From NCBI RefSeq assembly GCF_000009045.1, contig NC_000964.3:3968001-4032000 (forward strand): DNA of 64,000 nt, read 5' to 3'. The notes below the pieces were generated by a model. The model had not been told where the DNA came from. It made no database searches and was given only the letters and a program-made list of their open reading frames with translations. Position numbers and translations under genes: made by a program. Below are positions 38,987 to 49,507 of this stretch, one piece after another. The stretch comes from Bacillus subtilis subsp. subtilis str. 168 (lineage in GTDB: Bacteria > Bacillota > Bacilli > Bacillales > Bacillaceae). How positions within the stretch are numbered: the stretch's first letter is position 1; each line of letters begins with the position of its first letter.

Positions 38987-39658
38987 TTATTGATAAATAG
39001 AGGCTGGCACCTGCACATCCCGGATTCCCGCTGCATAAGGCCCCAAGTCATACTGGCCGAAGACGATGGCGATCCCGTTTGCCGTAAAGTAAAACATTGT
39101 GTCTCTGTTTAGGGTTATATCCTCTTTCTTTACATCAGAGAAAAACAGCACATCGTGTTTTTTGATATAGCTATATAGGTAATCTCTCGTTTTGCTGACT
39201 TTTGTTTTGGTGTTCAGAATCTGATCCAGCGTCACCCGCTTTTGTGCTTTCAAGTCATAGTTGAAGGACTGGACAGACGTTAGACCGTGGGCGCCCCCTG
39301 AATAGATATAATTGAGTGTTTGAATGCTGAGCTTGCCTGCCGCATTGTATTTGACGCTGAAGGATGTTTGATATTCCCGTTTTAAAGCCCTGCTGTTCGC
39401 CTGCTTTTTTGTTTTTCAGGTATTCCTGATACGATTGTTCATGTAGGCTTTCAGCTCTTGATTGATTTTCTTTTCAAACGCGGCATTCCCGACGTGATGC
39501 ACTTGTGGATACGTTAACTCCTTGATCTTTTTGTACGTATGGGTGCTGACAGTCGGTGTTTTCGCTTGAACTGCTTTTAAAGATGGGGCCGCATATGCAA
39601 ATACAGAAAAAAGCAAGACTGCAATGCCCGCGGCTTTCAGCATGTTATTCCATTTCAT
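38987..39658 (-). pseudogene. yxiT: Secreted DUF4163/DUF3298 (RsiV/PdaC-like) protein interrupted by TGA at 39416-39418
   Basis: Signal peptide MKWNNMLK...AVQA; the frame continues after the stop into YIYSGGAHG...FYFTANGIAIVFGQYDLGPYAAG; 672 nt = 224 codons. Confidence 0.85.
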
Positions 39659-39773
39659 ACAATCTACTCCTTTGATGTCGTTGTTTATCATTCCCTTATT
39701 TAAGCAATACACACTTTTATAGACTGATTAAATCGAAAGAAGTTTCTAGGTCTAACAGCATGATTTTTCCAAT

Positions 39774-39804
39774 AAAAAAAGAGACACAGGATGTCTCTTT
39801 TTTT
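39774..39804 (-). terminator. katE-yxiS terminator
   Basis: AAAAAAAGAGACA-cagga-TGTCTCTTTTTTT. Confidence 0.8.
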
Positions 39805-40093
39805 ACTGTTTGCGCCCAGAAATCGCTTCATGAAGGGCTTGTGCCAAATCTGTATTTCCGAACATCTCTAATACCGCAATGACAGTCTGGTCCGGAATGT
39901 GCTCTGCTTCGTGTTTTGGCACGACCAGATCGTCCATGGTTTTTTTCAAGCTTTCATTCAGCTTTTGCTGCGGATACGCTTTGGCGTACAGCTCCATCGG
40001 ATCAAGATCATGGTTCACGCACCACTGGGCAAACACCAAAATCATCATATTTTCATCGCGTTCGTAAGCTTCAGTGAGCTGTTTTTCGTTCAT
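39803..40093 (-). CDS. yxiS: Conserved small protein, general stress
   Basis: 96 aa, AAGGAG RBS, downstream of katE. Confidence 0.78.
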   Translation of the reverse strand: MNEKQLTEAYERDENMMILVFAQWCVNHDLDPMELYAKAYPQQKLNESLKKTMDDLVVPKHEAEHIPDQTVIAVLEMFGNTDLAQALHEAISGRKQ

Positions 40094-40142
40094 TTGTCAT
40101 GCTCCTTATGAAAAGTATCTTCCTTAAAGATACAGGAGCCGA

Positions 40143-42203
40143 TCAAATTCGTCTATCCCAATGGCGATGAGCAGCAACCGCATCGATAAATGCCTTGCTG
40201 AAAGCGGTGTAGTCAGGTTCATCTTTAGCCGTTACGATGCCTAGCCCCTCTGTTGTCCCGACAGAGGATTGAAGAAGGTCAATTCCTTCATTTGCCGCAC
40301 CGATCGCCTTGTAGTGATTGTAAGCTTCTCTGATAAACGCCATCGCTTGTTTGTTGTCTTTTAACTCCAGTCCTCCTGCGGCATAGACGGCATCATACAG
40401 AACAGAATCAACCGTCAGGAACGTGCCGCTGGCCTCAAGCTGCTGTCCGCTGCCGCTTGTCATATACCCCAGATTTTGACTGATGATATCCACTGTGATT
40501 CCTTCTTGCTTTAAGGCTTCCAGTACTGTTTGCAGCTCTTTTTCATGAAATCCGTTTCCGGCGAGTACAGCGACTTTTCTTGTTGACGCGGTTTTCACTG
40601 TACGGGCTTGGCTTAACGCAGGCGAAGTAAGAATTTCTTTAGATGCTTTACGCTTCGCGGGCGCCGCCACGCCTACTCCTTTGGCGATTTCTTCTGCTAA
40701 ATCTGCATCGACATTGCTGAAGACATCAACGACCTGCCGCTGTACGTCTTTGCTTTTGACCTTCCCGACCTCGAAGCAGAAAGCAGAAATGATGTGCTGT
40801 TTCTCCACAGGAGACATGCTGTTCCAGAAAAGCTTCGCCTGTGAGTAATAATCGTTGAAGCTGTCGCTTCGCTGGCGGATTTTTTTGCCCTCGACTTTTT
40901 CCTGATAGTGGACGTAGCCGCCTTCTTCAGCTGTCGCAGGCGACGGATCATTGTTTTGCAGTGAGTTTTTATGATAAGCGACAGGTCCCTTATTGATCGT
41001 CATCCGGTGATAGCCGTCGTATTGGTTGTTATGGAATGGACAGACCGGCCGGTTAATCGGAATCTCATGGAAGTTCGGGCCGCCAAGACGGATGAGCTGT
41101 GTATCCGTATAAGAGAAAAGCCGCCCCTGCAATAGCGGGTCATTGGTAAAATCGATGCCCGGCACGACATTTCCCGGGTGGAATGCGACTTGTTCTGTTT
41201 CCGCAAACACATTATCCTGATTGCGGTTCAGCGTCATTTTTCCAATGATCTTCACCGGCACAAGCTCTTCCGGCCACAGCTTAGTTGGGTCAAGAATATC
41301 AAAATCAAACTTGAATTCATCTTCCTCATCAATCATCTGCACGCCGAGCTCGTATTCAACCTTGCCGCCGTTTTCAATTGTTTCCCACAGGTCACGGCGG
41401 TGGAAATCTGGATCTTTCCCGGCAATTTTTTGCGCTTCATCCCATACGAGAGAATGCACGCCGAGCACCGGCTTCCAGTGAAATTTCACGAAACGTGCCT
41501 TTCCTTGTTCATTGACAAAACGGAACGTGTGAACGCCGAAGCCTTCCATCATTCTGTAGCTGCGCGGGATGCCTCTGTCAGACATCGTCCACATCACCAT
41601 GTGGGCAGACTCAGGGTTATTGGCGACAAAATCCCAAAATGTATCGTGAGCAGTCGCAGCCTGAGGCATTTCATTGTGTGGCTCAGGCTTAAACGCGTGA
41701 ACCAAATCCGGAAATTTGATTGCGTCCTGAATGAAAAACACCGGAATGTTATTTCCCACAAGGTCATAGTTTCCTTCTTCAGTATAAAATTTTGTCGCAA
41801 AGCCTCTGGCATCCCGCACCGTGTCTGCGGAGCCTTTAGAACCCGCAACCGTAGAAAAACGGACAAATACCGGTGTCTTCACCGAAGGGTCCTGAAGAAA
41901 TTTGGCCCGTGTGTATTCCGTCATTGGTTCGTAAACCTGAAAAAAGCCATGCACGCCAAATCCGCGCGCATGCACAACGCGCTCCGGAATCCTCTCATGG
42001 TCAAAGTGCGTCATTTTCTCCCGGAAATGAAAATCCTCCATCAGCGTCGGGCCGCGAACCCCGGCTTTTAACGAGTGCTCATCCTCTGACACTCGCAAGC
42101 CTTGGTTTGTCGTCATTTTCTTCCCGCTGTTATCGGTCCTGTACTGCTCAAGCTGCTCGTCCTTTGAGTGTTCATTTACACGTTTGTTTTGGTCATCACT
42201 CAT
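40143..42203 (-). CDS. katE: Large-subunit catalase (HPII type)
   Basis: [25 protein letters not shown]-terminal DJ-1-like domain. Confidence 0.97.
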   Translation of the reverse strand: MSDDQNKRVNEHSKDEQLEQYRTDNSGKKMTTNQGLRVSEDEHSLKAGVRGPTLMEDFHFREKMTHFDHERIPERVVHARGFGVHGFFQVYEPMTEYTRAKFLQDPSVKTPVFVRFSTVAGSKGSADTVRDARGFATKFYTEEGNYDLVGNNIPVFFIQDAIKFPDLVHAFKPEPHNEMPQAATAHDTFWDFVANNPESAHMVMWTMSDRGIPRSYRMMEGFGVHTFRFVNEQGKARFVKFHWKPVLGVHSLVWDEAQKIAGKDPDFHRRDLWETIENGGKVEYELGVQMIDEEDEFKFDFDILDPTKLWPEELVPVKIIGKMTLNRNQDNVFAETEQVAFHPGNVVPGIDFTNDPLLQGRLFSYTDTQLIRLGGPNFHEIPINRPVCPFHNNQYDGYHRMTINKGPVAYHKNSLQNNDPSPATAEEGGYVHYQEKVEGKKIRQRSDSFNDYYSQAKLFWNSMSPVEKQHIISAFCFEVGKVKSKDVQRQVVDVFSNVDADLAEEIAKGVGVAAPAKRKASKEILTSPALSQARTVKTASTRKVAVLAGNGFHEKELQTVLEALKQEGITVDIISQNLGYMTSGSGQQLEASGTFLTVDSVLYDAVYAAGGLELKDNKQAMAFIREAYNHYKAIGAANEGIDLLQSSVGTTEGLGIVTAKDEPDYTAFSKAFIDAVAAHRHWDRRI

Positions 42204-42244
42204 GTCTGCTCCCCCTTTTTAAAACGAAACATTCTACAGCACAT

Positions 42245-42270
42245 TTACCCGTGGCGTTCTTCATATAAAC
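42245..42270 (-). promoter_or_regulatory. SigB promoter of katE
   Basis: GTTTAT-N14-GGGTAA. Confidence 0.85.
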
Positions 42271-42358
42271 TGCTAATCCGCTCATTAGGATTTTTGGTCT
42301 ACATATAAATATGCGGTCATACACATTTGAAATAAGCCTTCTTCACAGAAAGAAAGGA

Positions 42359-42372
42359 TGGAAGCGCTTACC
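42359..42372 (+). promoter_or_regulatory. Putative cre site upstream of citH
   Basis: TGGAAGCGCTTACC. Confidence 0.55.
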
Positions 42373-42403
42373 AAAAAAGCTGTTGAATAGGGGAGGTCAT
42401 ATC

Positions 42404-43684
42404 ATGCTTGCCATACTCGGTTTTGTGATGATGATTGTCTTTATGTACCTTATTATGTCTAACCGGCTTTCCGCTCTTATTGCTTTGATTGTCGTTCCTA
42501 TTGTGTTTGCCCTGATCAGCGGATTTGGCAAAGATCTCGGCGAGATGATGATTCAGGGCGTTACAGACCTCGCCCCTACCGGTATCATGCTGTTATTCGC
42601 CATCCTGTATTTCGGCATTATGATTGACTCAGGCCTGTTTGATCCTCTCATTGCCAAAATCTTATCGTTTGTCAAAGGAGATCCGTTAAAAATCGCCGTA
42701 GGCACAGCGGTTCTGACCATGACCATTTCGCTGGACGGAGATGGGACAACAACCTATATGATTACCATTGCAGCGATGCTGCCTCTCTACAAACGGCTCG
42801 GCATGAACCGTTTGGTGTTAGCGGGAATAGCGATGCTTGGTTCGGGGGTTATGAATATTATCCCGTGGGGCGGGCCGACTGCGAGGGTTTTGGCTTCCTT
42901 AAAATTGGACACGTCAGAGGTCTTTACACCGCTGATTCCCGCTATGATCGCCGGCATTCTCTGGGTGATCGCCGTTGCTTATATCCTCGGAAAGAAAGAG
43001 CGGAAGCGGCTCGGCGTCATTTCGATTGATCACGCACCGTCTTCCGACCCGGAGGCCGCACCGCTCAAGCGTCCCGCTCTTCAATGGTTTAACCTGCTGC
43101 TGACTGTCGCTCTGATGGCCGCACTGATCACCAGCCTGCTGCCGCTCCCTGTTCTTTTTATGACTGCGTTCGCCGTTGCCTTGATGGTTAACTATCCAAA
43201 TGTCAAAGAGCAGCAGAAACGAATCTCGGCGCATGCGGGTAATGCGTTAAACGTTGTCTCAATGGTGTTTGCTGCGGGCATATTCACAGGCATTCTCTCC
43301 GGCACAAAAATGGTGGATGCCATGGCGCATTCTCTCGTTTCACTCATCCCTGATGCCATGGGCCCGCACCTGCCGTTGATCACTGCGATCGTCAGCATGC
43401 CCTTCACCTTTTTCATGTCGAATGACGCCTTTTACTTCGGTGTCCTTCCCATCATCGCCGAAGCCGCTTCCGCTTACGGAATAGACGCCGCTGAAATCGG
43501 GAGGGCCTCCTTGCTGGGGCAGCCTGTGCATCTGCTCAGCCCGCTTGTGCCTTCCACCTATCTATTGGTAGGAATGGCAGGCGTCAGCTTTGGCGACCAT
43601 CAAAAATTCACTATTAAATGGGCCGTGGGAACAACGATTGTGATGACCATTGCGGCGCTTTTGATTGGGATTATTTCTTTCTAA
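42404..43684 (+). CDS. citH: CitMHS family citrate/divalent-metal transporter (yxiQ/citN)
   Basis: LDGDGTTTY, NIIPWGGPTAR, SNDAFYFGVLP; ATG 42404 after GGGGAGG. Confidence 0.9.
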   Translation: MLAILGFVMMIVFMYLIMSNRLSALIALIVVPIVFALISGFGKDLGEMMIQGVTDLAPTGIMLLFAILYFGIMIDSGLFDPLIAKILSFVKGDPLKIAVGTAVLTMTISLDGDGTTTYMITIAAMLPLYKRLGMNRLVLAGIAMLGSGVMNIIPWGGPTARVLASLKLDTSEVFTPLIPAMIAGILWVIAVAYILGKKERKRLGVISIDHAPSSDPEAAPLKRPALQWFNLLLTVALMAALITSLLPLPVLFMTAFAVALMVNYPNVKEQQKRISAHAGNALNVVSMVFAAGIFTGILSGTKMVDAMAHSLVSLIPDAMGPHLPLITAIVSMPFTFFMSNDAFYFGVLPIIAEAASAYGIDAAEIGRASLLGQPVHLLSPLVPSTYLLVGMAGVSFGDHQKFTIKWAVGTTIVMTIAALLIGIISF

Positions 43685-43841
43685 ATGTATGAGCTTGATC
43701 GTAGCATTGAGTGAGTACGTGATTTACAGAGGGGAGAAGATCAAATAGGATATTATGAGTGAATAGAAGATTCATGCCAACAACTTCTCATTACAATCAT
43801 AAGAGCCTGCTATATTGCAGCAGGCTCTTTCACATTTGGCA

Positions 43842-44570
43842 TTATTTTTTTGTATAGCGCACCCAGTCATAATGAGCGTATAGCGGATTTACACCATTGT
43901 AGGAGCCAAGCCATTCATCGACACCCGTGCCATTCCACAAGTTCATCATGATCTTTCCAGGTGTTGTCGGAATTTGGTTTGTTGCAGTATGTTTTAATTG
44001 CCCGTCGACATACCATTTAATAGAGTTTGGCTGCCAATCGAATGCATACGTATGATAGGCATTGGCTGCATCAAACCCGAGATCAACAATCTTCTCATGG
44101 TTTCCTGCACCATTTGTATAATAGTTAAATTGAACCTTCGTTGTGTCTTTTCCTAAAAATTCGATATCAATCTCATCCCAAGGAGTTCCATCTGTTGGAC
44201 CTGTGTAAGTGAAGAACGATGAAACGATCCCTGTGTTTTTAGCTGGTTTCATTCTGACTTCATAAAGTCCATAGCCATATGTTTGAACAGAACGGTTTTC
44301 CCCGCAGTCAAACTTGTTATAAGCTGGGCTTGTTAGCGCTAAACGCATTTCACCCAATGACGTCATTGATACGTTATTAGCCCGCCACGTGCAGTTGAAC
44401 ATATTTCCATTCGAATAACCATCTGCTTTTTGCCAAAAACCGGAGTTATAGCCGTTAAAAGGGTCAAAAAACGATCCACCTGTTTGAGCTGAGGCAGTAG
44501 CAGTGACTGCAAACAAACTCATAAACAATCCAGTGACAAGAAGCAGCAACACTCGTTTCAGATAAGGCAT
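43842..44570 (-). CDS. bglS: Endo-beta-1,3-1,4-glucanase (lichenase, GH16)
   Basis: Signal peptide, catalytic WDEIDIEF. Confidence 0.97.
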   Translation of the reverse strand: MPYLKRVLLLLVTGLFMSLFAVTATASAQTGGSFFDPFNGYNSGFWQKADGYSNGNMFNCTWRANNVSMTSLGEMRLALTSPAYNKFDCGENRSVQTYGYGLYEVRMKPAKNTGIVSSFFTYTGPTDGTPWDEIDIEFLGKDTTKVQFNYYTNGAGNHEKIVDLGFDAANAYHTYAFDWQPNSIKWYVDGQLKHTATNQIPTTPGKIMMNLWNGTGVDEWLGSYNGVNPLYAHYDWVRYTKK

Positions 44571-44589
44571 ATTGGCATTCCCCTTTCAT

Positions 44590-44603
44590 TGAAAGCGTTT
44601 TCT
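44590..44603. promoter_or_regulatory. Putative cre site upstream of bglS
   Basis: TGAAAGCGTTTTCT; a second match TGTCAGCGCTCTCA lies at 44852-44865. Confidence 0.55.
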
Positions 44604-44709
44604 ATGTTGATCTTACATGATTCTTTTAAAAGGGAACATCGGTCAAAATAATGATAATATCGAATCTTACTAACTTGAATCCTGTAACTATCATCATCTT
44701 CCCTCTGAA

Positions 44710-44800
44710 AAAAATAAAAACCTAAATTACCATCAGCACAGACAGAGATGATCCGCACTCATTGCAATTTAGGTTTTGCCTGCTTTATCAGTAACAATCC
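44710..44800 (-). promoter_or_regulatory. RAT (ribonucleic antiterminator) overlapping a terminator between licT and bglS
   Basis: Minus strand GGATTGTTACTGATAAAGCAGGCAAAACCT (44800-44771), overlapping stem AAAACCTAAATT/AATTTAGGTTTT plus U-tract. Confidence 0.92.
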
Positions 44801-44865
44801 TACCATTTTCATATGTGAATGTAAGAAAAAGTGAACACAAGGAAACACAAATGTCAGCGCTCTCA

Positions 44866-45699
44866 TTATGCTTGTTTAACTACCCTTTCTATGTGAATGG
44901 TTAAATACAGCAGCTCGTCACTTGTGAGCTTGTGCTCATACTCCCGCTCAATGTAGGTTTGGATTTTCTTCGTGCATTCATACGCGCGATGATACTTTTC
45001 TTTCACTGTATCCAGCAAAAAATCGTCCTGGCTTTCCATGTGAGTGCCGTTAAATAGACGCTGCGCGAAAAACTTTAAGTGGGTGACGAACCGATAATAG
45101 TGAAGCGATTCTTCGTTGAATTCAATCTTAAAATGGTATTTTACAATACTCAAAATCTCTTGCATGACTTTTGTAATGTTGATAATATTGGGCATCTCTT
45201 CATTCAGCTCGGCATTTACAATATGCAGAGCAATAAAGCCTGCTTCATCCTCTGGCAGAGACACACCAGTCTTGTTTTTTACCATAACCAACGCTTCTTT
45301 GCCGATCGCAAATTCGTCTTTGTAGAGCCGTTTTGTTTCCCACAGCAAGGCGTTTTTGATATCAAGCCCTTTCTGGTTGCGCTGGATGGCAAAGTTAATA
45401 TGGTCGGTCAGCGACACATAGATGCTGTCGTTGAGCTTTTTGCCGAGCTGTAATTTTGCGTAGCTGATAATCTCTTCGGATACTTCCATACACTCGATCG
45501 GTATATCATACAAAAGGGTTTTGAACTTTTCTGATACATCCTTGTTATCGAGCGTGAACACTTTCTCAATGCGGGCTTCATCGACATCATCGCCGGACTT
45601 TTTCTGAAACGCGAGCCCCCTGCCCATGACGACCAATTCTTTCCCCTGTTCATTGACCACGCTGATCACATTATTGTTGATCACCTTCGCAATTTTCAT
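44866..45699 (-). CDS. licT: BglG family transcriptional antiterminator
   Basis: CAT domain MKIAKVINNNV...MGRGLAF, two PRD domains (LTDHI, RFVTHL). Confidence 0.96.
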   Translation of the reverse strand: MKIAKVINNNVISVVNEQGKELVVMGRGLAFQKKSGDDVDEARIEKVFTLDNKDVSEKFKTLLYDIPIECMEVSEEIISYAKLQLGKKLNDSIYVSLTDHINFAIQRNQKGLDIKNALLWETKRLYKDEFAIGKEALVMVKNKTGVSLPEDEAGFIALHIVNAELNEEMPNIINITKVMQEILSIVKYHFKIEFNEESLHYYRFVTHLKFFAQRLFNGTHMESQDDFLLDTVKEKYHRAYECTKKIQTYIEREYEHKLTSDELLYLTIHIERVVKQA

Positions 45700-45794
45700 G
45701 GCATGTCCCTCCAAATCTACTAAGAACAGACTATATCTTGATTGTACATTCTTTTTGTACTAGGTCAATATCATCAGGGAAAGACGGAAGCTGG

Positions 45795-46475
45795 TCAGTA
45801 CAATTCACTCCGTACCTGCTGCCCGGGCTGTTTTTGAAGCAGCGCCTCCAGATGGCGTTCAAATGATGCCTTGTCAGCTTTCTGCTTTTTGACAATGCTG
45901 TTCATGATTTTAATGCTTTCAGCACTGTATTGTGTATATTGTTTTTTCAGCTGATCCAGCTGCTGTCTTGTCTTCTTCGCGTTTTTCGGTGTGACTTGGT
46001 TGATGAGTTTGATCATACTGTCTGCGGTCTCAAAAAAACCGGCTCTATTTTCTGTCAGCTGCTGAATTTCGATGCGGCTCATATCTTGATTACGCGTTTT
46101 TTGAAGCAAGGCAACCGCCTCGCTGTTTTGTTTTTTGAGCGATTTGTTCTCAAGCTTAATCGATTCGAGATTCTCCTTCGCAATGTCTGCTTCTTCTTCA
46201 GTCATGCTGATTCGCACGAAGTATTCTGGATTGCCGATTCCATAATCAAATGCTTCGCTCACTTGTATCATGGAACTGAACACAATGGCCAGCTGCCTGT
46301 CGCTTGCGAGGGCTTGGAAATCCTGCTTTTTCTTACTGCTCATCGGTTTGGCTGCGGTTTGTTTTACTGTCTTTTGATCACAGTCTGCGAACATCTGAGC
46401 CTCACCTTCACTTTCGCATGCGCTCATCACAAGAACTGTGACCAGCAGGCTTATACACAAGCCTATTCGCCTCAT
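45795..46475 (-). CDS. yxiP: Helical lipoprotein, unknown function
   Basis: Lipobox LVMSAC after MRRIG... Confidence 0.8.
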   Translation of the reverse strand: MRRIGLCISLLVTVLVMSACESEGEAQMFADCDQKTVKQTAAKPMSSKKKQDFQALASDRQLAIVFSSMIQVSEAFDYGIGNPEYFVRISMTEEEADIAKENLESIKLENKSLKKQNSEAVALLQKTRNQDMSRIEIQQLTENRAGFFETADSMIKLINQVTPKNAKKTRQQLDQLKKQYTQYSAESIKIMNSIVKKQKADKASFERHLEALLQKQPGQQVRSELY

Positions 46476-46681
46476 GCTCTGTCTCCTCTCTGCTGAATCC
46501 CTTCTGGAAAATACCATAAAATATAGTTAAATGGTACCAGATGCACCTAACCCCAGCAATAAATCAAAAGTATGATTTGAAGCGAAAAAACATAAATATT
46601 TTGTAAAAATTGACGTGCATTCCATTCTTTTCAGGCCCATTTCTCGTACAATAGAAGTATCGTTACCGGAGAGGGGCTCTG

Positions 46682-47968
46682 ATGATGAAACGTTTTACGA
46701 AACAAGAAAACAGCTGGGTGTTATATGACTGGGCAAATTCAGCTTACTCAATTGTCGTGACCACCGCGGTATTTCCGTTATTTTATAAATCAGCAGCTGC
46801 GGAAAGCGGTGTCAGCGCCGCTCAATCGACTGCCTATCTGGGCTATACCATTGCGATTTCAACGTTTATTCTTGCGATGCTCGGCCCTATTTTAGGCACA
46901 ATCGCCGACTATGAAGGGTGCAAGAAAAAGTTCTTCGGTTTCTTTGTGTCAGCCGGTGTCGCCAGCACCGCGATGCTCGCCTTTATCCCTAGTGAACATT
47001 GGCTGCTATTGTTGCTGTTTTATACGGTATCGGCTATCGGTTTTTCCGGCGCCAATGTGTTTTATGATGCCTTTCTCGTGGACGTCACGCCTGAGAAGCG
47101 GATGAATCTCGTCTCGGCACGGGGTTTTGGCTTAGGATACATTGGAAGCACGATTCCATTTATCATCAGTATTGCTGTCATCCTGCTCGCACAAGCAGAG
47201 ACTATTCCAGTGTCTGTATCGGCCGCAAGCCAGCTGTCCTTCTTCATAACGGCTGCCTGGTGGGGGCTGTTCACCATCCCAATGATTAAACATGTCCATC
47301 AACGCTATTACATCAAAAAAGAACCTCATATTGTCATCAACAGCTTTAAGCGGCTCGGCCAAACGATGAAACGGATCAGGCAATACCGGGCACTTTTCCT
47401 CTTCTTGCTCGCTTATTTCTTTTATATCGACGGAGTCGGCACGATTATTACGATGTCGACATCCTATGGATCAGATTTAGGGATCGGCTCCTCAAGCCTT
47501 CTGATCATCCTATTTGTCACCCAGGTAGTCGCCGCGCCGTTTTCGATTATATACGGAAAACTGGCAGAACGCTTCACGGGGAAGACCATGCTGTACGTCG
47601 GGATCGTCATTTATATGATCGTCTGCGTGTATGCCTATTTTATGGAGACAACGCTTGATTTCTGGATACTGGCTATGCTTGTCGCCACCTCGCAAGGCGG
47701 TATTCAAGCCCTAAGCCGTTCCTATTTCGCCAAGCTTGTGCCAAAGCGCCACGCCAATGAATTCTTTGGCTTCTACAACATTTTTGGAAAATTCGCCTCA
47801 ATTATGGGGCCGCTGCTCATTGCCGTTACCGCCCAGCTGACCGGTAAATCCTCGACTGCGGTGTTCAGCCTGATCATTTTGTTTGTGATTGGTATTGTGA
47901 TTCTTGCCTTTGTTCCCGAGGAAACCAGCACAGATGTCAGCCAGCAGCAAAATGACCTGCCCCTTTAA
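46682..47968 (+). CDS. yxiO: MFS transporter (UMF1/ATG22-like)
   Basis: WVLYDWANSAY, GFGLGYIG, YIDGVGTII, QALSRSYF. Confidence 0.88.
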   Translation: MMKRFTKQENSWVLYDWANSAYSIVVTTAVFPLFYKSAAAESGVSAAQSTAYLGYTIAISTFILAMLGPILGTIADYEGCKKKFFGFFVSAGVASTAMLAFIPSEHWLLLLLFYTVSAIGFSGANVFYDAFLVDVTPEKRMNLVSARGFGLGYIGSTIPFIISIAVILLAQAETIPVSVSAASQLSFFITAAWWGLFTIPMIKHVHQRYYIKKEPHIVINSFKRLGQTMKRIRQYRALFLFLLAYFFYIDGVGTIITMSTSYGSDLGIGSSSLLIILFVTQVVAAPFSIIYGKLAERFTGKTMLYVGIVIYMIVCVYAYFMETTLDFWILAMLVATSQGGIQALSRSYFAKLVPKRHANEFFGFYNIFGKFASIMGPLLIAVTAQLTGKSSTAVFSLIILFVIGIVILAFVPEETSTDVSQQQNDLPL

Positions 47969-47986
47969 CTGGGAGCAGGTCATTCA

Positions 47987-49426
47987 TCATTTATTCGCTT
48001 TATTCACCTTCAGCTGTTTCCCTTTGACGGTTGTGTTCTTCATCACTTTGAGAACATGAGGGCCTTTACCATTTAAAATCTCAACGTATGAGGCGTTATC
48101 CATGATCGTGATGATGCCGATGTCGTCAGCTGACACACCGTCAATTTTGGCAATCGTTCCTACAAAATCAACGGCTCTGATTTTCTTTTTCTTTCCGCCG
48201 TTAAAATACAGCTTCATAATGTCTTTATTCAGCTCTTCGCTTTTGTCCTTTTTGCTTTCCGGACGGTCATTCAGTTTAGCTAGAAATTCTGGTTTCTTCC
48301 TTGCCACTTCCTCTTGAGAAGGTGCTTCTATTTTTTGGATTTCAAATCCGATATATTCTTCAATGTCGGCTAAAAACCGTTTTTCGAAGGCCGTGACAAA
48401 CGAAATGGCCTTTCCTTTGTTCCCTGCGCGTCCCGTTCGGCCCGTGCGGTGGACATAGCTTTCTTTTTCAAGCGGCAGATCATAGTTGATGACAAGGGAG
48501 ATATTTTCAATATCAATCCCGCGCGCGGCGACATCCGTCGCCACTAAGTAACGGTACTCGCCACGTTTAAATTCATTCATGACGTCGAATCGGTCTTCCT
48601 GAATCATTCCGCCGTGAATTTTATCGCATGGATATCCCAAGTCATCCAATTCATCGGTCAGCTGATTGACGTGCTCCTTCGTTCGGCAGAAAATGATGCA
48701 GCTGTCGGGATTCTCCGTCATCAGCACATCTTTCAGCAATGAAAACTTATTCTCTTCTCTTACTTGAATCACCGCATGTTCAATATTTCTTGTGGTTAGG
48801 CCGGCCGCTTTGACCTCGATATGCTCGGGGTTTTGCATATATTGACGGCTCAGCTTCTCGATATCCTGCGGAAGCGTCGCTGAAAACAGCATCGTCGTAC
48901 GCTCAGTCGGCAGATGCTTGATAATCGCCTCCACCTGCTCAATGAAGCCCATATTCAGCATCTCATCCGCTTCATCAATGACCAAATAAGAGAGACGATC
49001 CAACGGCAGCGTGCCTTTTTCGATATGATCCAGAACACGTCCCGGCGTGCCGACAACAATGTGGCTTTTTTGCTTAAGCTCAGCTTTTTGTTTATCAAAG
49101 GAGGATTTTCCAAATACGGCTGTCGCTTTGATCCGTTTAAATCGTCCGATGTTCGTGATATCTTCCTTTACTTGCACCGCAAGCTCACGGGTCGGTGTTA
49201 AAATAAGCGCCTGCGGCTTGTTTTCATCCCAATTCGCCAGCTCACAGAGAGGAATCCCGAACGAAGCCGTTTTCCCGCTTCCTGTCTGTGATTTGACGAC
49301 AAGATCCTTTCGTTCAAGGGCAGCGGGGATCACACTCTGCTGCACCTTGGTCGGTTCTGTATATCCCAGTCCTTCCAATGCTCGTAAAATGTCATGACTG
49401 ATTTGATAGTTTTTAAAATGACTCAT
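47987..49426 (-). CDS. dbpA: DEAD-box RNA helicase with 23S rRNA-binding C-terminal domain (yxiN/deaD)
   Basis: [30 protein letters not shown]-terminal [11 protein letters not shown]; ATG 49426. Confidence 0.94.
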   Translation of the reverse strand: MSHFKNYQISHDILRALEGLGYTEPTKVQQSVIPAALERKDLVVKSQTGSGKTASFGIPLCELANWDENKPQALILTPTRELAVQVKEDITNIGRFKRIKATAVFGKSSFDKQKAELKQKSHIVVGTPGRVLDHIEKGTLPLDRLSYLVIDEADEMLNMGFIEQVEAIIKHLPTERTTMLFSATLPQDIEKLSRQYMQNPEHIEVKAAGLTTRNIEHAVIQVREENKFSLLKDVLMTENPDSCIIFCRTKEHVNQLTDELDDLGYPCDKIHGGMIQEDRFDVMNEFKRGEYRYLVATDVAARGIDIENISLVINYDLPLEKESYVHRTGRTGRAGNKGKAISFVTAFEKRFLADIEEYIGFEIQKIEAPSQEEVARKKPEFLAKLNDRPESKKDKSEELNKDIMKLYFNGGKKKKIRAVDFVGTIAKIDGVSADDIGIITIMDNASYVEILNGKGPHVLKVMKNTTVKGKQLKVNKANK

Positions 49427-49507
49427 GTATAAACTCCTGTCTCTTGCAGATGTTCTCATTATACTCTAATTGACCAAGGCATATGTGTTTTGTCGAAAAA
49501 TGATGTA

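Noticed and set aside
41178-42071. 297-aa plus-strand ORF antisense to katE
   Set aside because: Fully overlaps a conserved catalase on the opposite strand, no RBS, no recognisable motif; a typical antisense shadow.
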